From contig NC_057719.1 in assembly GCF_004010195.1 (NCBI RefSeq), positions 30,251,853-30,315,852 on the forward strand: a stretch of DNA of 64,000 nt, written 5' to 3'. This stretch comes from Chiloscyllium plagiosum (lineage: Eukaryota). Below, one piece after another: positions 58,681-64,000 of this stretch (within the stretch, counting starts at the first letter, position 1; each line of letters starts with the position of its first letter). Below the pieces are notes generated by a model. That model was given only the letters and a program-made list of their open reading frames with translations, made no database searches and was not told the DNA's origin. The translations under genes and the position numbers were made by a program.

Positions 58681-60239
58681 TTAACAGTTATCATGGCAAC
58701 AATAAAATTCCACATAACATCAGCACTAACTTGATTATTGTAGATTAATCAGATGAAGTTAAACTCTACACTTTAATTCAGTTTATTTGCTCCTCTTGCC
58801 CAGTTTTAAAAAATGTTTCATTCTCAATTTCTGACAATGGAAATTTAATATAATTTTACTTGGTGCTTTGTATAGTAATTCCATAAATCAGTTTCACTGT
58901 AGAAAAATAATATTTGTTATTTCAATTATTACTTTACCACTGCTGCAAAGTTTTCAATTATTGTCAAGTTTTACAATTTCTTTATTTAGTTTTGTCTACA
59001 TTACCAACTTGAGATGATACTTTAGACATGAACAGTTCAATTCTTGAATGACCAGCTAAATGATCCACATCAACAGTATGGTTTATTTCTTCTTAACATT
59101 TACTTCTCCGTCATTAATCATAAATGTTGGTTCAGTTGAGATTATAAGGTTGAGAAATCCAGCTCCAGAATGCTGCAGGAGTCAATACTATGGACTCCAT
59201 ATGTGCTCTAAGTGGGATGAAATATATGGTATGCCCATCCTGCTCAAGTGCACATGCCATGTATGTAGCAAAAGCTTCCAGGTCATGATATTGAAAAGTT
59301 ATTCTGGATGACTTGATGCACACATTTCAAACTTGGATTGTATGGGTTCACAGAATGCATTTGCTTGTCACACTTAAATAAATATACATGCAGTTGTATG
59401 AGGGAGCTGCCACTAAAGTTATTTAAGTGATTTGCCATCAAACTTGCAGATAAGAGCTTTCAACTAACTTCAGCTATTGCAAAGCTTGAGGGAATACTAT
59501 TGGGTGTTTTGGCAGCAATTGTGATGGGCTGGTGGATTTGGCAATAAATGTTACTGCACACATAGAAGGAGGGTAGAGACATTGGTGATCTGCACATGAG
59601 AATATAGGGACAGGAGTAGGCCATTCAGCATCTTGAGCCTGTTCTGCCATTCAGTGAGATCATGACTTATCTGTGACGTAATTCAATGTCCCTGTCTTTG
59701 GCCCATATCCCTTAATATATTTGCTGAACAAAAATGTATCTATTTATTGGCCACACAAATACTTGCGGCAGATATTGGACAAGCATATCATGGAGAAAGA
59801 GTAAATGTTGTGTGACATTTGAGCTAGACTTTTCCATGTTCCCTGACAATTACAGGAAGTGTCTGATAGCCCAATTCATGCCCCCATCATCTTGGCAAGT
59901 ATCTTCTTCAGTGCTATCCTGCATGGCACCCAATCAAAGTCTTTATTTGAAAATCAATGAGGTGGCACACAGACTATCCTCTCCCATACGTGCTAAGGAA
60001 CTCATTACATGCTGACCACATGTGAACTCAAAGATACTTGCAGTGCTAACATTGGAACAAATGCCTGTGAACCTCAGATAAAGTGCAAAGGAATATGGGA
60101 GTAGCAGTCCAAACCCAGTGAACTTGCTCCACTATTCAACATAATCATGGCTGAACAACCACTTCAATGCCTTTTCCCCACATTATTACCTGCATCTACC
60201 TTGTCTACCCCTTTAAGTGTTATAGAGTATAGTAGAAGA

Positions 60240-60445
60240 GCATCATAGAATCCCTATAATGCAGATAGAGGTCAATCAGCACATCGAGTCATCAAACCTC
60301 TGAAGAGCATCCCACCCAGGTCAGCAACCCCCCACCCCCACCCCGAATTCCCCGTAACCCCATATTTACCATGGCTAATCCACTTTGTTTGCATTTCCCT
60401 GCACACAATGGGGCAATTTAGTATGCCTAACCTGCGCATATTTCA
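60240..60445 (-). mobile_element. 3' half of an older HE1-like SINE
   Basis: catagaatccct tail; ggcaatttag...cctaacctgc body. Confidence 0.65.
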
Positions 60446-60626
60446 GTTAGATTGGTAGTGATTATTTGAAACTCTTGAGAGTACAGGCCTAGTTTTCCTT
60501 ATTTTTTTCACAGAACAATCCTGCCATCCTGGGATTAAGTTTAATGAATCTTAATTGCATCCTTTCTATGATAATAACATCCTTCCTAATGTAAAGGGAG
60601 CAAAACCACTTACAATATTCCAAATG

Positions 60627-62854
60627 AATCGGCAAAACAATTCAAGGTAGGAGTGAAAGGAACAGGGTGGTCATTATGGGGGACTTCAGCTTCCCCAACA
60701 TTGACTGGAAATACTATAACTCTAGTACATTGGATGGATCAGTTTTTGTCCAATATGCACAGGAGGGTTTCCTGACACAGTATGTCGAAAGGCCGACAAG
60801 AGGGGAGGCCACACTGGATCTGGGACTTGGTAATGAATCAGACAAGGTGTTCAATTTAGTGGTAGGTGAGTACTTTGGAGAAAGTAACCATCGTTCGGTT
60901 ACATTTAGCTTAACGATGGAAAAGGATAGGTGCATGTCACGTGGCAAGAGTTATCGATGGGAGAAGGGCAATTATAATGCAATTAGGCAAGACTTAGGAT
61001 GCATAGAATGGGGCAGCAAAATGCAGGGGATGGGTCAATCGAAATGTGGAGATGGTTTAAGGAACAGATATTGTGTGTCCTTAATAGGTATGTCCCTGTC
61101 AGGCAGGGAGGAAATGATAAGGTAAGGGAACCAGGGTTTACTACAGAAATTGCATCTCTTGTTAAGAGGAAGAAGGAGGCTTATGTGACGATGAGACAAA
61201 ATAGTTCAGATGAGGCAAGGGAGAGTTACAGATTAGCTAGGAAGGATTTAAAGAGAGAGTTAAGATATTAGATTAGAAAGGATCGAATTTAGTTACAAAC
61301 GCAGTGTTTTCAATTCTAGAAGGAGTGAAAGTAGACAAGTCCCCTGGGCAGGATGGGATTTATCCGAGGATTCTCTGGGAGGCTAGGGAGGAGATAGCAG
61401 AGCTTTTGGCTTTAATCTGAGTGGTCATTGTCTACAGGTTTAGTACCACAGGACTGGAGGATTGCAAATGTTGTGCCCCTGTTCAAGAAGGGCAGTAGAG
61501 ATGACCCAAGTAATTATAGACCAGTGAACCTTACGTATTTTGTAGGATAAGTTTTGGAAAGGATTATAAGAAATAGGATGTATTAAGACCTAGCAAGCAA
61601 CAATTTGATTGCAGATAGCCCACGTGGTTTCGTCAAGGGCAGGTCATGTCTCACAAACCTCATTGAGTTTTTTGAGAAGATGACCACGCATGTGGATGAG
61701 GGTAAGGCAGTTGATGTGATGTACATGGACTTCAGTAAAGTCTTTGATAAGGTTCCACATGGTAGGCTGTTGGAGAAAATGCTGAGGCATGGGATTGAGA
61801 GTGATTTAACAGTTTGGATTAGAAACTGGCTTTCTGAAAGAAGGCAGCGAGTGATGGTTGATGGAAAATATTCAGCCTGGAGTCCGGTTACGAGTGGTGT
61901 GCCACAAGGATCTGTTTTGGGACCACTACTGTTTGTCATTTTTATAAATGACTTGGACACAGGCACAGGTGGATGGGTTAGTAAGTTTGCACATAACACT
62001 AAAGTCAGTGGAGTAGTGGACATTGTAGAAGAATGTTGCAGGTTGCAGGGGGACTTGGATAAACTGCAGAATTGGGCTGAGATGACAAATGGAGTTCAAT
62101 GCAGATAAATGTGAGGTGATTCACTTTGGGAAGAATAACAGGAAGGCAGAATACTGGGTCATTGGAAAGATCTGGGTCTTGGTAGTGTGGATGTGCAGAG
62201 GGATCTTGGAGTCTGCGTACAGAGATGCTTGCAAGTTGCCTCTCAGGTTGATAGTGCTGTTAAGAAGGCATACGGTATGTTAGGTATTTTTGGTAGTGGG
62301 ATTGAGTTCCGGAGCCATAATGACATGTTGCAACTATACAAAATGCTAGTGTGGCCGCACTTGGAAGATTGTATACAGTTCTGGTCACCCCATTACAGGA
62401 AGGATGTGGAAACATTGGAAAAGGTGCAGAGAAGATCTACCAGGATGTTGCCTGGTCTGGAGGGAGGCTCTTATGAGGAAAGGCTGAGAGACTTGGGTCT
62501 GTTCTCATTGGAAAGAAGAAGGCTAAGAGGTGATTTGATAGAGACATACAAGATGATCAGAGGATTAGATAGGGTGGACAGTGAAAGTCTTTTTCCTAGG
62601 ATGATGACGTCACCTTGTACAAGGGGGCATAGCTACAAATTGAGTGGTGATAGATTTAAAACCGATGTCAGAGGCAGGGTCTTTACTCAGAGAGTGGTTA
62701 GGGCATGGAATGCCCTGCCTGCCAATGTAGTTAACCCAGCCACATTAGGGAGATGGGCTTAGTGTAGGAGGATGAGTTTAGATTAGTTCACAGGTTGGCA
62801 CAACATCGAGGGCCGAAGGTCCTGTTCTGCGCTGTATTCTATGTTCTCTGTTCT
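60627..62854 (+). mobile_element. Young CR1 LINE (EN end to tail, with an internal deletion near 61265) inserted in an older minus-strand CR1
   Basis: MGDFSFPNIDW, GVPQGSVLGPLLF, RRLRGDLIETYK; ttctatgttctctgttcta tail; AAATG at both junctions. Confidence 0.92.
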
Positions 62855-63129
62855 AAATGTGATCTAATAAAGCTATTGTATCATTGAAGGAAGATTTTGC
62901 TAATCATGTATGCAAATCCTCTTGTGATATAGGCTAACATGCCATTAATCTTCATTTTGCTTACTGAGCTTGCATGTTAGTCTTCAATGAATTATTGACA
63001 AGGACACGTGTCCCTTTGTAAATCTACACTTTCTAGTCTCTTACCACCCTGTAGATGAATCTAATGTAGGCCATCAAAGCTAAACTTAAATCTGTCTACC
63101 CTAACAACTAGTTATTGCACTTTCAACAT

Positions 63130-63480
63130 GATCATTAGATGACTTTTTGAGAAGAATATATCATCAATGGTTAAATAAAAATGTTAAGGAACGTATAAAC
63201 TTGAAAGAAACATTCAGCAAATCTACATAGATTTGTGGTAGATTGGTCAGATTTTAAGAAGCAAAGTATAAACTAAATAAAGAGGAAAAAGTTAGAATAT
63301 GAGAGAAAGCTAGTTAATAATATAAAAGGAGATAGTAACAGTTTCAACAAGTATTTAAACAAGACAAAAAAAATAACTACACCTCCTGTTGATCCTCTGG
63401 AGAGTGAATCTGGGAAATGGTAATAGATAACAATGAAATGACAGAGGTGTTGAACAATTATTTTGGGCTAAATTTAGTAC
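63130..63480 (+). mobile_element. Old CR1 fragment
   Basis: KLEYERKLVNNIKGDSNSF and EMTEVLNNYF remnants. Confidence 0.65.
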
Positions 63481-64000
63481 TCTGCACAAAGTGTGGTGGT
63501 GGGTAACTGCCACTCCACTCCAACTGGCAAGAAGGACCATCAGATCACACTCCAAACAGTCACTTAAGAGCAAACTGGGGGCTTGTCAGGCTATTAGATG
63601 CCTCAGCATTACGTCCTACCCTGCCAGAGGCTCAGTTAGTTGGACTTAGAGACAATGTCAGAAGCAAGCTTTATACAGAAAAGAACATTTAAGCTGTACC
63701 TTTGAAACTACAACTGAATTATACTGTGTCTGAGAAGTTGGGAAGTCAGTGAGAACTTGAGAGCAATTAGATAGCTCTAAGTTGATGGAACTGATAAAGC
63801 AAACAAGGAATTAGTAGGCAGTTTAGTGTTGGAGTCAGGACTCCAGAAATGTCCCAAGAACTGTGTCATTAAGAGTTCAGTGTAGCTGAGTGAGGATGAA
63901 AAAGCCCACAACTAATACTTGTTAGTAATATGTTTTGATTCCATCTGTTTGATGTGTTTTCTGGGATGTTCAACCAATGTTATCAATATTTGCTTCATGT

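Noticed and set aside
59800..60230. Ancient RTE-like RT fragment (also possibly 41700-42200)
   Set aside because: Only faint IFFSAIL and YAD-like traces; too degenerate to call without a profile search.

Overview
Vertebrate genomic DNA, AT-rich, most likely a shark or other elasmobranch. This is inferred from HE1-like tRNA SINEs with CR1 tails and very dense CR1 content. The + strand carries 17 consecutive internal coding exons (3243-58174, 2347 nt in total) of EML5, an echinoderm microtubule-associated protein-like WD40/TAPE protein. They cover the end of TAPE repeat 1, all of repeat 2 and the following acidic linker. All exons have GT-AG boundaries and compatible phases; the gene start and end lie outside the window. 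The introns hold nested retroelements: several CR1 LINE generations, one full-length decayed L1-clade element, tRNA SINEs, a Tigger-like MITE, probable solo LTRs and many Penelope-like (PLE) remnants. The most notable signal is a family of short Penelope-derived insertions, mostly hairpins, flanked by 11-17 bp target-site duplications and carrying minimal type I hammerhead ribozyme motifs. One copy (58589-58616) has an intact core in the EML5 pre-mRNA sense. In another, the ribozyme-bearing centre has been replaced by an exact 47-bp copy of nearby unique DNA. Family names come from recalled motifs; no database searches were run.
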